Shown one piece after another: positions 38,901-64,000 of a DNA stretch of 64,000 bases. The number at the start of each line of letters is the position of its first letter. Positions within the stretch are counted from its first letter, which is position 1. This stretch comes from Macrostomum lignano (taxonomy: Eukaryota): positions 110,627 through 174,626 of the forward strand of contig NIVC01002428.1 in assembly GCA_002269645.1 (NCBI GenBank), written 5' to 3'. The notes under the pieces are model-generated. The model was not told where the DNA came from and did no database searches. It was given only the letters and a program-made list of their open reading frames with translations. A program made the translations under genes and the position numbers.

Positions 38901-40573
38901 TCGTAGTAGTGCTGGTAGTGGTAGAAGTTGTAGTGCTTGTGGAGGTAGTTTGGCAGCTGTCATTAACCGGTGTGAAGCAGCCGTCGATGGTGAGGAATAC
39001 CTGGTAGTTGGTGGCCGAGAGGGCTCCGGACTTCAGTGCGACTGGATAAAAGGCAAGCCGAACCATCCTCGTATTCAGCTCATAGCACAGCCTGGCGCCA
39101 GTGACATCAGAAAACAGGGAGCTGGACGGCTCAAATGGGACGTAGCGGCTACTGGTGGTCGGCATGTACTTTACCAAGGCTCGCATCACGTTTCCAGTCA
39201 TGCACAGAGTGTTCACAAAAATTTCAGTAGTTCGACAGCCATCGACAATGAAGTCGAACTCCATCTGATCGTTGAAACTGATCAGAAAATCACCAGACAT
39301 TCCCGGCCGTCCACCGGAGATGGATTTGTCCGGGATGTAAGACTTCTGCGACAGACCGTTCACGTAGTTGCAGACTGAAATTCGCAATATTGAGGGCGTG
39401 TTGGTGATGAAGCTCGAAAGATAACTGATAAAAATTTCGCCAGCAAATAAAAGACATCTTTTTATAAAGAAGTGCCAAACTCACCGGGCGTGGAAGTTGG
39501 CAGTGGCGTCGTCGTAGTTGAAGTCGACGTCGTGCTTGAAGTAGTTGTTGGCGTGGTTGTGGTCACGGTGGTGGTGGGAGTAGTCGGAGTTGGTGTTGTG
39601 AAGAAGTACTTGGTGGTGAGCGGCACGCATGAACAGAAGGGCTCGGCTGTTGTGAAGCCGGCGGCAGGCGTTGCCAGGACGGCCAAAACGGCTACTGCTG
39701 CGGCGATGCCTGTCGAAAGGTGATCGAAAATCAATGTGCTGCTTGTTGAATTTCATTAGCACTCGGCAAGGGGACCGAAGTACCAACAGGCGTTTTAACT
39801 CAGGCAATTTGGTCTAGGTACTCCAATGGTTATATGTGCAGTGTCTCTAAACTTAGTCGTTGCTAGTTACTAAAATGGTGGTCGTGAGTTTGCTAATTAC
39901 CAACCATTCAGTGGTGGTGATTTTCACGCTTTTTTAAAGTAAGTAAACTTGGTCACTTCGTTACCGTTAGTAGTATGTTATTGTCGATTGGACCGTTTGA
40001 ACTCGAAAGTATATTAGGATACCTTTTCTGTGGGAGAAAACTAGAAACGAAGTTATCAAGTCAATAAATTTTTCTCTATGATTCAGAGACCTGTTTTGTG
40101 TACAGAAAAAAGCTTGTCTCCCCCCTACTGATAGTAGTCTTGCTAGAATCATATTTAAATATGTCCATTTTTGGCAGGTAGCTCGTACAACAGTAGCAAA
40201 GATAAACAATCAGCACATCCAGGCCACATAAGCGTAAGTGTAAGTGTAAGCCTTTTCATCATTTTTGTGTAAAATGCAGTACAGAGCTGCATAATTAATG
40301 CGCTCGTATTTGAATGAGTTTTACTCGTGACTACTCATTCCGCATCGATTCCAGTAAAATCAGGCTTTTTATGAGCTCTAACGTACGCTACGATTTTATC
40401 ATCTAGTTGAAAACAAGCATATACCGACCGTGAGCAGCGCTAAAAGCATTTTATTTTTAAGGTCTACCAATTGTTAAAAGTATGAATAGACGGGCCCCTA
40501 AAATAGATAGACGGACTTAAAATAGACGGGCCCTGGACTCACTCAGCATTGCAGGTTGAGCAGAGATGGACAT
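23953..40573 (-). CDS. Giant transmembrane mucin-like protein (~3,360 aa): signal peptide, 13 six-Cys discoidin/F5-8C-like domains separated by Thr/Pro/Ser stalks, SEA domain, TM helix, short cytoplasmic tail
   Basis: 24 exons (minus): 40573-40543, 39709-39485, 39374-38772, 38628-38465, 38372-37700, 37615-37443, 37351-36826, 35499-35327, 35255-34674, 34580-33055, 32975-32386, 32282-31886, 31770-31601, 30543-29952, 29834-29674, 29562-28945, 28855-28201, 28124-27955, 27864-27498, 27410-27238, 27146-26004, 25910-25708, 25497-25416, 24038-23953. All introns are GT-AG with matching phases once three single-base deletions (~34918, ~32951, ~26452) are corrected. Signal peptide MSISAQPAMLSIAAAVAVLAVLATPAAG; TM ILIILVAVIGGLFLLVLVIFIIVYAV then QTRR. 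The first exon and the last two exons are less certain. Confidence 0.85.
24445..24833. repeat. (CACT)n microsatellite in the last intron of the mucin gene
   Basis: Read directly. Confidence 0.97.
26040..26325 (-). other. SEA domain of the mucin with GSVV autoproteolysis motif (26131-26142)
   Basis: KTVPFSFRFSNLQWFDDYADPNSWRYKQLA...LQFKSGSVVISGNLV fits the SEA pattern (F...L.DP.S..Y..L ... F..GSVVV). Confidence 0.8.
26455..26880 (-). repeat. Coding 21-bp VNTR (PTTTTTT heptad, ~20 copies) in the juxta-SEA mucin stalk
   Basis: Plus-strand unit GTAGTAGTCGGAGT(A/G)GTTGTG; translates on the minus strand to (PTTTTTT)n. Confidence 0.92.
30849..31529 (+). mobile_element. Solo LTR (681 bp), probably Gypsy-type, in a mucin intron
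   Basis: Begins TGTTG (30849) and ends CAACA (31529). Flanked by the 4-bp TSD TTAC (30845-30848, 31530-31533). GC-rich compared with the AT-rich host intron. AATAAA at 31291 and a TATA-like tract near 31155. Orientation inferred from these signals. Confidence 0.8.
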
Positions 40574-40749
40574 CTCCAGTTTTGGTAGCAGGTAAGACGG
40601 ACGGACGGCTGTCAGGCCGCTGTTGCGGCACGGCGACTGCTGCGTTTGGGGCGAAGAGACTTGCTGCGAAAGTCGCTGGAGCTGTTCTGCAGGGCGCGCC
40701 CGGTTCTTTCGTTTCGCGGTCGAAGCGGCTGGAGGCGGCGCGACGGGGC

Positions 40750-40860
40750 GACTTAAATAGGCGGGTTTCCAGCAGAGCTGCGGCTGTTCGCGAGTAGTCC
40801 AGGTGAAGCTCGTCCATCGGCTGGCTGCCTCTCCTCTCTCCCTCTCTCTCTCCATCGCGA
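40750..40860 (-). promoter_or_regulatory. Putative core promoter of the mucin gene (TATTTAA plus upstream GA-rich tract)
   Basis: Minus-strand TATTTAAG at ~40752-40759, about 180 nt upstream of the proposed ATG (40573). GA-rich tract at ~40830-40852. Confidence 0.35.
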
Positions 40861-41299
40861 GCCCCCATTGTTGCCAACCTCTAGAAGTTTCCAGTATTCT
40901 CTCTTCACGTTTCCAGTAGCGCGGGAGCCGAGGAGTGGTCACATTGTCAGAGAGACGCCCACACTCTGCTGTCTCAGCGATGGGTTTCAATGGCTGGCAA
41001 ACCTTTTTTAGAGGGCTACCTTCAGTGTTCGTAAAAAGCATTCACTACACAGTTCACCTCAGTAGTCATTAAACTCTTGCTTAACCGCAGGAAGAACAGG
41101 CGGCATGGACCGGACAAAAAGCAGAAAGAAGGAAGACAATGTGCACTGCTCAAATTCAATAGCAGCGCCTGTTATGGACCATTGAGCATCGCTCTGCGTT
41201 TTTCTACGCTTACACTGCAGCATAGCGCTGCTTAAGCTCGGATATCTGTGGCCTGAAATGCGACAATATTCAAGTCTCACAACATTGAAAATATCACGC

Positions 41300-41465
41300 T
41301 ACCTAAATCTCACCCTACATGAATCTCACCCTATATGAATCTCACCTTGTAAGAATCTTACCCTACATGAATCTCACCTTACATGAATCTCACCGTTCAT
41401 GAATCTCACGCAACCTGAATTTCCCTACATGAATCTCACCCTACGGGTGTCTCACCCTACGTGAA
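41300..41465. repeat. Degenerate 16-bp minisatellite (CTCACCCTACATGAAT)n
   Basis: About 10 diverged units. Confidence 0.85.
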
Positions 41466-42169
41466 GTTAGTGAGACTCCCAGAGCAGTGGGCGTGGCGGC
41501 CCGGCCCTCACTTCAGCTCAAACCGGAGCGAGCGGGTTCTATTGAATCAGAGCCAGCCATTGAGATGAGCCAAGCAGGTCCAGAATGAGCTGTCCGGAGA
41601 GGAAACAGGACTCCATGGCCGTCTTGACTACTCTGGGGCACTTCTGCAACTTCTGCAGTCGGGAAGCTCATTGTCTTGCTTGGGTACGGAGTCTCGGTGC
41701 GAGTTAGCGAGAGAAGATGGACTGGCTGTCTGCAAGCCAATCACAGCAGGGGCCTCCAACTTCCACGCAGTCTTCTCACCTCACCAAGGGGTGCCTGCCT
41801 ACCCCATGCTAGTGGGCAGCCGCTCACCTTTAGTGCTCCTTTGGCCGAACACTAACTGCGTGCACAGCTTGGAGAATCTTCGGCATTTTACTGGATGGGG
41901 CTGAGCAGCGCAGCGCATTGAAACCTTGCATTGTGCACTTTGAAACAGTCTTCGTGTCTTTTTCTATTTTCTGCATTTTCCGGTTCAGACCGGTCTATCG
42001 TGTTTTACGAGTAGGCCTTCTACTTCTAGCTCAATCTATCTAACTTCTATTTTAGCCTATCTAAAAAGTACATGCATGCAATGTCCCATGCTGTACGCCC
42101 ATTATTCAACGCTTTGAAATTATTATTTGACTACTAAAAATATATTCATGAGATAATGGACTTGTGCAT

Positions 42170-42400
42170 GTGGTTTGTCATAGACAATGTCCACAGGGCG
42201 CACTTGAGGGCCTGGGCTCGAACGTAGGCCGCACCGCCGGCAGTACCCGGGGCGCCGGAATCAGCCAGCAGGCCGCGTCAGCAGCAGCACCTCCTGCACC
42301 GGTTGCGGGCAGTACGACTCGGCTCGGATGCTATGGTTTGCCAGCTCAACTAAATAGACTGTCTATATTCCAGAGCGGCGCCTGCCAGCCACACTGACGG
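42170..42400 (-). pseudogene. 3-prime fragment of an RTE-like non-LTR retrotransposon ORF
   Basis: Minus strand reads LANHSIRAESYCPQPVQEVLLLT, then after a deletion LLADSGAPGTAGGAAYVRAQALKCAL. This resembles the post-RT R.RL.LAGH.IR....P...VLL.. tail of RTE-clade elements. Confidence 0.5.
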
Positions 42401-42639
42401 CAAGGATACTTCCACTAAAACCCGTGAGAGACGTCCTGATCTTTGCTTAGAGGCAGAGTCAGTTTTGTATTCGTCAACAGGACATGACCCGTCGCGCTGA
42501 TTCAAAAACTTTCTGTATCCGAGATAAAGAATGTCCCGAATGAGATTCAAAACGATTGGAAACTATATCTTCGACAAACCTAACCCTAACCCTAACCGGA
42601 GATATGAACCCCCTCTTGATAAATGCACTTTGCCATCTT

Positions 42640-43720
42640 AGTTGCGCCCTCTTGCTTCACTCACGCACTCGGTGCAACAAATCAGGAAAAGACTGTTCGA
42701 AGGCTCCAACCAGCCTGCTCATAACCAGCCTCGATACCGTCTTCTTCCTTTGTGTCGTTCGTTTGTGCCTAAGGCTCGTAAAGCCAGCAGCTTGCCGTAT
42801 TGGTCTCCCTGCTTCCTGCATTGCAGCCAAGGACCAATGAAGAAAGTGTCTCCTACAGCGGTCCTTGATTGCATCCAGCACTCATTTGGTAATCTTAAGT
42901 GTGTGCGGAATAAGCCACTTTAAAAGGGACACCACCTTTTAAGATTGACAGTTTTATCTTGTGACCCCTTCCATTCTGTTTTGGCTGGAGCGTCTGGCCA
43001 TGAACAACACTATCTCTCTCAGTTAGCACAGTGGAACAAAGTGCAATTTTACTCGGTACGAAGGGAAATGAAGTGTCTATGGCATGCCCTGCTTGCCAAC
43101 TGGTGAAATAGACACGTGTTGGAAGAAATTAAGTGCAGTAGACAAGTGGATAAATTTTAAAGGTATAATATCGAGGAAGCTTAAAACCACGAGTGACACT
43201 GAGAAACCCGATTGTCTAGAAATTCGACGATCATTATTCACATTTTTATGCAGAACAATACATTATGGGTAGGCTGCCTGGGTTGAAACGCGATTGAAAC
43301 GCTCTACATTTGTCCGCCGTCACTGTCTATGGTTGAAGCATATTTCAATTATATTCAATTCATCACTTATAGCCACTGTATACTTCACTGCCAACAAACA
43401 CAAGACCAAACACAACAGGAATGAAACACGAAGTAAACGAAATAATTCAGTAAATAACGCTTGGAAGCTCAAAATGATATGTGGCTGGAGAGTTCATCAA
43501 TAGTTACCTCAATAGTTACATCTGTCAGTTAGCGTGGTCAAACGACAAAAATTCGGTGTTACCTATAATTCGCACGTTCCTTGTCTCCAGCACGTACCGA
43601 TGAATAGACGCCCTGAAGCACACCAGACTTCGGACAGCGTATGGCTTGCCTTCCTGACTCCTCGTAGCGTAGCGCCGAGGCTTTTCAGTTCATTTCAGTC
43701 CTCAACAGCCAGTCTATATT
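42640..43720 (-). pseudogene. Decayed Crypton-like tyrosine-recombinase / DUF3504-like sequence
   Basis: Minus strand ~43700-43525 reads EMN-KPRRYATRSQEGKPYAVRSLVCFRASIHRYVLETRNVRIIGNTEF..DHAN, resembling the Crypton/ZMYM-QRICH1-type motif L..FY...R...G..Y...SL...RA.I.R.L......II....F..AN. Weaker downstream traces (RWCPF, LRALGT) are broken by stops and frameshifts. Confidence 0.45.
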
Positions 43721-44569
43721 AATATATTACTACAAACAATGCATTGTTTTTAGGATCGTCAAACAGAAAAACAATGCAAAGGCTTTTCTACTTTTCTACC
43801 TTCTACTTTTCTACTTGTAGGCTTTTCTACCGGCGCTCGCCAGACAATCGTTGTCACACACTAGGACCGCTGATTATCTATCAATTATCCTTCATTTACT
43901 GCTGCTGAGTTTGAGACAGAGAAAATATTGATTATACATACGAAGATGTCTACCAATGCTTGCAAATGTATGAAACTGTCCCACTATCTCAACTAGCATA
44001 ATCCTAACACTGCAACAACGCAACCTAACTATACGCACTGAGGGTAGCCAAGTGGAGAATAAACACACAATAGCTCGTAAATGTCATTGTCAAATGTCAA
44101 TTCATTTTTGCCGAGTCTTCTCAGGCACAGCAGCTGACCATTCAACAGAGAAAAGCTACATGTATCGCCGCATTTTGAGCCCCCATAAAACAGTGGCTCC
44201 TCTGCTGCAGTGGCGCCACTGGGCTTGGGTGTACATGTAGCTTCGAAGTTGAGGTCATGCAATGCGCTCACCCACATTGGACTCTCATCTGACAATTGTA
44301 CCGTCAGGTGCTTCACCTTAGCCTATCACAGAGCTCCTCCCGACATTAGTGACTGTGGCAGTCATTTGCCAAACTACTCTTATCATGCAGACACTGCCCA
44401 GGTGCTTTACAATTTCCGAAATTTTTCCGCAAGCTCAGGTGCGCGATTGTCAAAAGTGAAACTGCAAGAGGTGAAATCTCTTTTCTATTAGCAATACAAA
44501 AGCTCACTTTTTGTCCTACTGCGCTCAATGTGTGGATTGGGGCGCCGTGATAGGTGTGCATGATGGGAT

Positions 44570-45395
44570 TGGAGGGTGACAGGTGTGCATGGGATGGGGG
44601 ATGAAAGGTGTACATGGGATTGGGAGGTGACAGGTGTGCATGGGATAGGGGAGGTGACAGGTGTGCATGGGATCGGGGAGGTGACAGGTGTGCATGGGAT
44701 CGGGGAGGTGACAGGTGTGCATGGGATCGGGGAGGTGACAGGTGTGCATGGGATCGGGGAGGTGACAGGTGTGCATGGGATCGGGGAGGTGACAGGTGTG
44801 CATGGGATCGGGGAGGTGACAGGTGTGCATGGGATCGGGGAGGTGACGGTGTGCATGGGATCGGGGAGGTGACAGGTGTGCATGGGATCGGGGAGGTGAC
44901 AGGTGTGCATGGGATCGGGGAGGTGACAGGTGTGCATGGGATCGGGGAGGTGACAGGTGTGCATGGGATCGGGGGTGACAGGTGTGCATGGGATCGGGGA
45001 GGTGACAGGTGTGCATGGGATCGGGGAGGTGACAGGTGTGCATGGGATCGGGGAGGTGACAGGTGTGCATGGGATCGGGGAGGTGACAGGTGTGCATGGG
45101 ATCGGGGAGGTGACAGGTGTGCATGGGATCGGGGAGGTGACAGGTGTGCAAGGGATCGGGGAGGTGACAGGTGTGCATGGGATCGGGGAGGTGACGGTGT
45201 GCATGGGATCGGGGGTGACAGGTGTGCATGGGATCGGGGAGGTGACGGGTGTGCATGGGATCGGGGGTGACAGGTGTGCATGGGATCGGGGAGGTGACAG
45301 GTGTGCATGGGATCGGGGAGGTGACAGGTGTGCATGGGATCGGGGAGGTGACAGGTGTGCATGGGATCGGGGGGTGACAGGTGTGCATGGGATGG
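44570..45395. repeat. 27-bp minisatellite (GGTGACAGGTGTGCATGGGATCGGGGA)n
   Basis: About 30 near-identical units. Confidence 0.97.
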
Positions 45396-46084
45396 GGCAC
45401 TCTGACAGGTACATGCATGCGTCGGGGGCTAAGCACAAAAATTTGACCTTTAAAAGCTACAAGCAGCAGGCCTGCCGCACTTCGGCAGCACTTCTTTTAC
45501 CACTCCAGCCATAATTGGCAGTCGCAGCATGCGCTTCTCTACCAAACTCGGCAGCTCTCTCACGCGAAAATTAAAGTACTGGGCGGGTACATTTCAACCC
45601 TCAGAGAAACAACAAACGAAAATTTGCTCCTTGCAGCATTCAAATAGTCTAGCTCAAGATGCTGGAATGATGAGGCGCATTGTGCATTGCCCAGTGACCC
45701 CTCATTAAGCCATGCCAGCAGGGAAGCACTCAGAAAGACAAGCTCTACAGGCCTGCTGCAAAAAAGGGCTACTTAAAATGTTTCAGTAATGGCAGAATTT
45801 TTGCGCAAGCCAAAGACTTGCAACAACGCCCACACGGTTCCGCCATAGCGCTGAGAGTTGTGGCAGAACTTTAATTGCAGCTCAAAACCTTGAAAGCGTA
45901 AACAGAAAATCTCTTTCTCTCTAAGAACATCGCTGCCAGCCGCACCCAGTAAGGCAGAAAATATTTCTTAGTAGAAAATTTTTACGGATTAGGCTTCTAC
46001 CATTAACTGCTAAACTGAATATGTTCTGTCATGACCTTACATATGCTAATTACCGGTATTTATTAATTCCGTCGGTCTGCTTCC

Positions 46085-46160
46085 GTTAGTCTGCGTGCGT
46101 GTCTGTCTGACTGAGTGACTGTCTGTTTGTCTGTCTGTCTTCTGTCTGTCTGTCTGTCTG

Positions 46161-46191
<31 letters not shown>

Positions 46192-46372
46192 GTCTGTCTG
46201 TCTGTCTGTCTGTCTGACTGTCTGTCTGGCTGTCTGTCTGTCTGTCTGTCTGTATGCCTGTCTGTCTCTGTCTGCCTGTCTGTCTCTGTCTGCCTGTCTG
46301 TCTGTCTGTCTGTGTCTGTCTGTCTGTCTTTCTGTCTGTCTGTCTGTCTGTCTGTGTCTGTCTGTCTGTCTG

Positions 46373-46433
<61 letters not shown>

Positions 46434-46445
46434 ATCTTCTGTCTG

Positions 46446-46514
<69 letters not shown>

Positions 46515-46530
46515 GGGTCTGTCTGTCTGT
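46085..46530. repeat. (TCTG)n microsatellite
   Basis: Read directly. Confidence 0.97.
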
Positions 46531-47339
46531 GCTGCCTGCGACAGTTTGGCAAAAGACAAACCAATGACCAAGCAGCCAAACCAATTCATAATTAGCAGTT
46601 TAGCGTCTGATAATCTGATAATAATTTACTGAGCTGAATAGCAGTAGTACAGTGCGAGTATGCGGCGTATAATTTAGGAACACAGACAACTTTCTAAGGT
46701 ACTAAAACAAGTCAAGGATCGGTGGGAACGGTCTACAAGAAATATTGTCGAGCTCTTGGCGTGAAGTTCAAGCAAGAGCAGATTGACAGCCCGCATGCCT
46801 TCAAGTCTCATCGCCAAATCCGAAGGGCTGTAATGAAGACCGCACGGAGCAGCGGCTGATAAATTTTCGCCTAAATAGAAAAGTCGCGAAGCTATTGAGA
46901 ATGAAACCGCTTGCAATTTGGCCGAGCTCGCAATGCCCTCAACACACTACTGACAGTAGCGCTATGATAATCAGTAGTCACAAAAGTTTTTTCGCCATAA
47001 TTTGAAAATGAATCAAAATGTAATCATGATTTTTGAATAGCAAAGCTATAAATATCTGGCAACTCGGCCCTGGCATCCTGCACAACCGCAAGCTTTCAAG
47101 ACTGAGAAAATTACAATTTTGCTAAGAGTCAACAGCTATTCATTTCTCACGCAAAAGTTCAAATTACATCTTTATAGTTTGCAAAACAATATCTAACTAA
47201 TAAACTGCATATACTACTTAGTAGTGATAAAATGGTAGCAAAAATAAGGAAGCCAAACTGTTTCGATTCATACACAAAAATACCTATATGTATAGAAGTC
47301 TGCCCATGGTGCTGATGCAGCAGCCTCTGTGTTAGGAGT

Positions 47340-48125
47340 GCTTCTTAGCGTGCTGCAGGGAGTGATTCTCAGGGTGCTGCAGGGAGTGATTCTCAGGTTT
47401 GCCGCAGGGAGTGATTCAGTGCCACAGGGAGTGATTCTCAGGTTTGCCGCAGGGAGTGATTCTCAGGTTTGCCGCAGGGAGTGATTCTCAGGTTTGCCGC
47501 AGGGAGTGATTCTCGAGTGCTGCAGGGAGTGATTCTCAGGTTTGCCGCAGGGAGTGATTCTCAGGTTTGCCGCAGGGAGTGATTCTCAGGTTTGCCGCAG
47601 GGAGTGATTCTCAGGTTTGCCGCAGGGAGTGATTCTCAGGTTTGCCGCAGGGAGTGATTCTCAGGTTTGCCGCAGGGAGTGATTTTCAGGGTGCCACAGG
47701 GAGTGATTCTCAGGTTTGCCGCAGGGAGTGATTCTCAGGTTTGCCGCAGGGAGTGATTCTCAGGTTTGCCGCAGGGAGTGATTCTCAGGGTGCCGCAGGG
47801 AGTGATTCTCAGGTTTGCCGCAGGGAGTGATTCTCAGGGTGCCGCAGGGAGTGATTCTCAGGGTGCCGCAGGGAGTGATTCTCAGGGTGCTGCAGGGAGT
47901 GATTCTCAGGGTACCACAGGGAGTGATTCTCAGGGTACCACGGAGTGACTCTCAGGGTGCCACAGGGAATGATTATCAGGTTTGCCGCAGGGAGTGATTC
48001 TCAGGGTGCTGCAGGGAGTGATTCTCAGGGTGCTGCAGGGAGTGATTCTCAGGGTGCCACAGGGAGTGATTCTCAGGGTGCCACAGGGAGTGATTCTCAG
48101 GGTGCCACAGGGAGTGATTCTCAGC
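47340..48125. repeat. 24/25-bp minisatellite (GGGAGTGATTCTCAGG(TT/G)TGCCGCA)n
   Basis: Two length variants interspersed. Confidence 0.95.
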
Positions 48126-48424
48126 GGTTCAGGAGATATCTGCGTGTACATTCTGACGCTTTAAATGTTGCACAAAAGTCGTGAGGGTCTGCATCGACTC
48201 CAAGTGAGCAGTGAACGCCAGAGAGTGACTGCAATAAGCAGGAGCGGATAGAAGCGAATAATAACAGTAATAATAATATTTATTAACACAGTTTTTTGTG
48301 TAAAATACAAAGGGTAATACAGGTTAAGTCCCAAACACAAATAAATAACATGAAAACAATACAAACTTCGAACCGAATAGCAAATCAACATGCAAGCTGT
48401 CCGTCAGCGGGCAGACAGCCATGA

Positions 48425-48625
48425 TACAGTGACAGACAATGGCACTGACAGTGACAACTGACAATGGCACTGACAGTGACAACTGACAATGGCACTGAGA
48501 GTGACAACTGACGATGGCACTGACAATGACAACTGACAATGGCACTGACAGTGACAACTGACAATGGCACTGACAGTGACAACTGACAGTGACAACTGAC
48601 AATGGCACTGACAGTGACTGACAGT
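48425..48625. repeat. 25-bp minisatellite (GACAATGGCACTGACAGTGACAACT)n, probably in the HIP1 3-prime UTR
   Basis: Lies between the proposed stop codon (48762) and a minus-strand AATAAA near 48280. Confidence 0.85.
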
Positions 48626-48761
48626 GGTGTCACCTGCCCAATCACAGAAAAATTGCAAAAGCATTTCCCAGAAAGCAGTGATTAAACAGCAGTTCACTTC
48701 AGTCAGCACTGCGGCATGCGCGGGCAGGCAGACGGTGAGGCCGTGACGGTGAGGCGAACAG

Positions 48762-63181
<14,420 letters not shown>

Positions 63182-63389
63182 CTGCATGATGGCAAAAGAA
63201 AACAATATAATTTTCGGGACATAACAGTCATCATTGTACTTACAGCAGTATCTAAATGTAGAAAGTTTGATAAAATATATGTAAAATGCATATAGATAGA
63301 TTTTTAATCTGCACGAATGTGTAATCTACTAAATTGTAATCTGTACTAAGCAGAGTAGGTGTCTATATTAGCCAGTAGCTATTGGATTC

Positions 63390-64000
63390 TGACATTCGCC
63401 TTGACATCTCAGCAACATCCCATGAGCCTTGACCTCTCAGAAATCCCTAGTAAGCCTTGAAATCTCAGCAATATCCACATTAAGTCTTGACATCTCAGCA
63501 ATCCCCCCCTGTAAGCCTTAATATCTTAGCTTTGATATCTTAGAAATTCTCTCATGAGCATTCACATCTTAGCAATTCCCTCCCATATAGCTGACATCCA
63601 ATTCTCCCAGTAAGCCTGAACATCTTAGGCAATATTCCCATAAGCCTTGAAATCTTAGCAATATATCCCATAAGCCTTGACATCTTAGCAATATTCCTAT
63701 AAGCCTTGACATCTTAGCAATATTCCCATAAGCCTTGACATCTTTAGCAATATTCCCAAAAGCCTTGACATCTTAGCAATTTCCCTGTAAGCCTCAAACA
63801 TCTCACCGATTCACCTAAGCCTTGATATCTCAGCAATTCCTTCCTTTAAGGCTTGATAGCTTCACAATTTCCCCATAAGCTTTGATATCTTATCAATATT
63901 CCCAAAAGCCTTGACATCTTAGCAATTTCCCTGTGCCTCAACATCTCACCGATTCCCCTAAGCCTTGATATCTCAGCAATTCCTTCCTTTAAGGCTTGAT
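63390..64000. repeat. ~29-bp intronic minisatellite (AAGCCTTGACATCTTAGCAATATTCCCAT)n
   Basis: Diverged tandem units running off the window end. Confidence 0.9.

Noticed and set aside
26461-39723. Plus-strand poly-Val ORFs and minus-strand HNHSDYY / QQRRR frames
   Set aside because: Antisense or off-frame readings of the Thr-rich mucin stalks.
40517-41041. 174-aa minus ORF upstream of the mucin
   Set aside because: Only its last 10 codons (from ATG 40573) give a proper signal peptide when spliced; the rest overlaps the putative promoter/5-prime UTR and has no domain features.
44029-44491. Short ORFs between the Crypton-like relic and the 27-bp array
   Set aside because: No recognisable homology or consistent splice pattern.

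Overview
Eukaryotic (metazoan) genomic DNA. The GC-rich exons, tandem-repeat-filled introns, long (GATA)n arrays and homopolymer indels suggest a long-read assembly of a flatworm such as Macrostomum; this assignment is inference. Three spliced protein-coding genes were reconstructed by hand from GT-AG sites and phase matching, all on the minus strand. (1) A ~292-aa type I membrane protein with a signal peptide, a Cys-rich/EGF-like module, a SUEL-type galactose/rhamnose lectin domain and one TM helix (3353-16205). (2) A giant ~3,360-aa, 24-exon transmembrane mucin with 13 tandem six-cysteine discoidin(F5/8C)-like domains on Thr/Pro stalks, followed by a SEA domain with a GSVV motif, a TM helix and a short tail (23953-40573); this is the most novel element here. 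(3) A HIP1/HIP1R (SLA2) orthologue with ANTH, coiled-coil and I/LWEQ regions (48762-63181; first exon outside the window), in which 12 of 13 introns carry their own distinct minisatellite. Mobile elements: a Merlin-like foldback element with an exact 8-bp TSD, a tRNA-derived CORE-SINE, a solo LTR with a 4-bp TSD, and decayed Gypsy, RTE-like and Crypton-like fragments. There is a 792-N gap. Most long ORFs in the supplied track are repeat artefacts.
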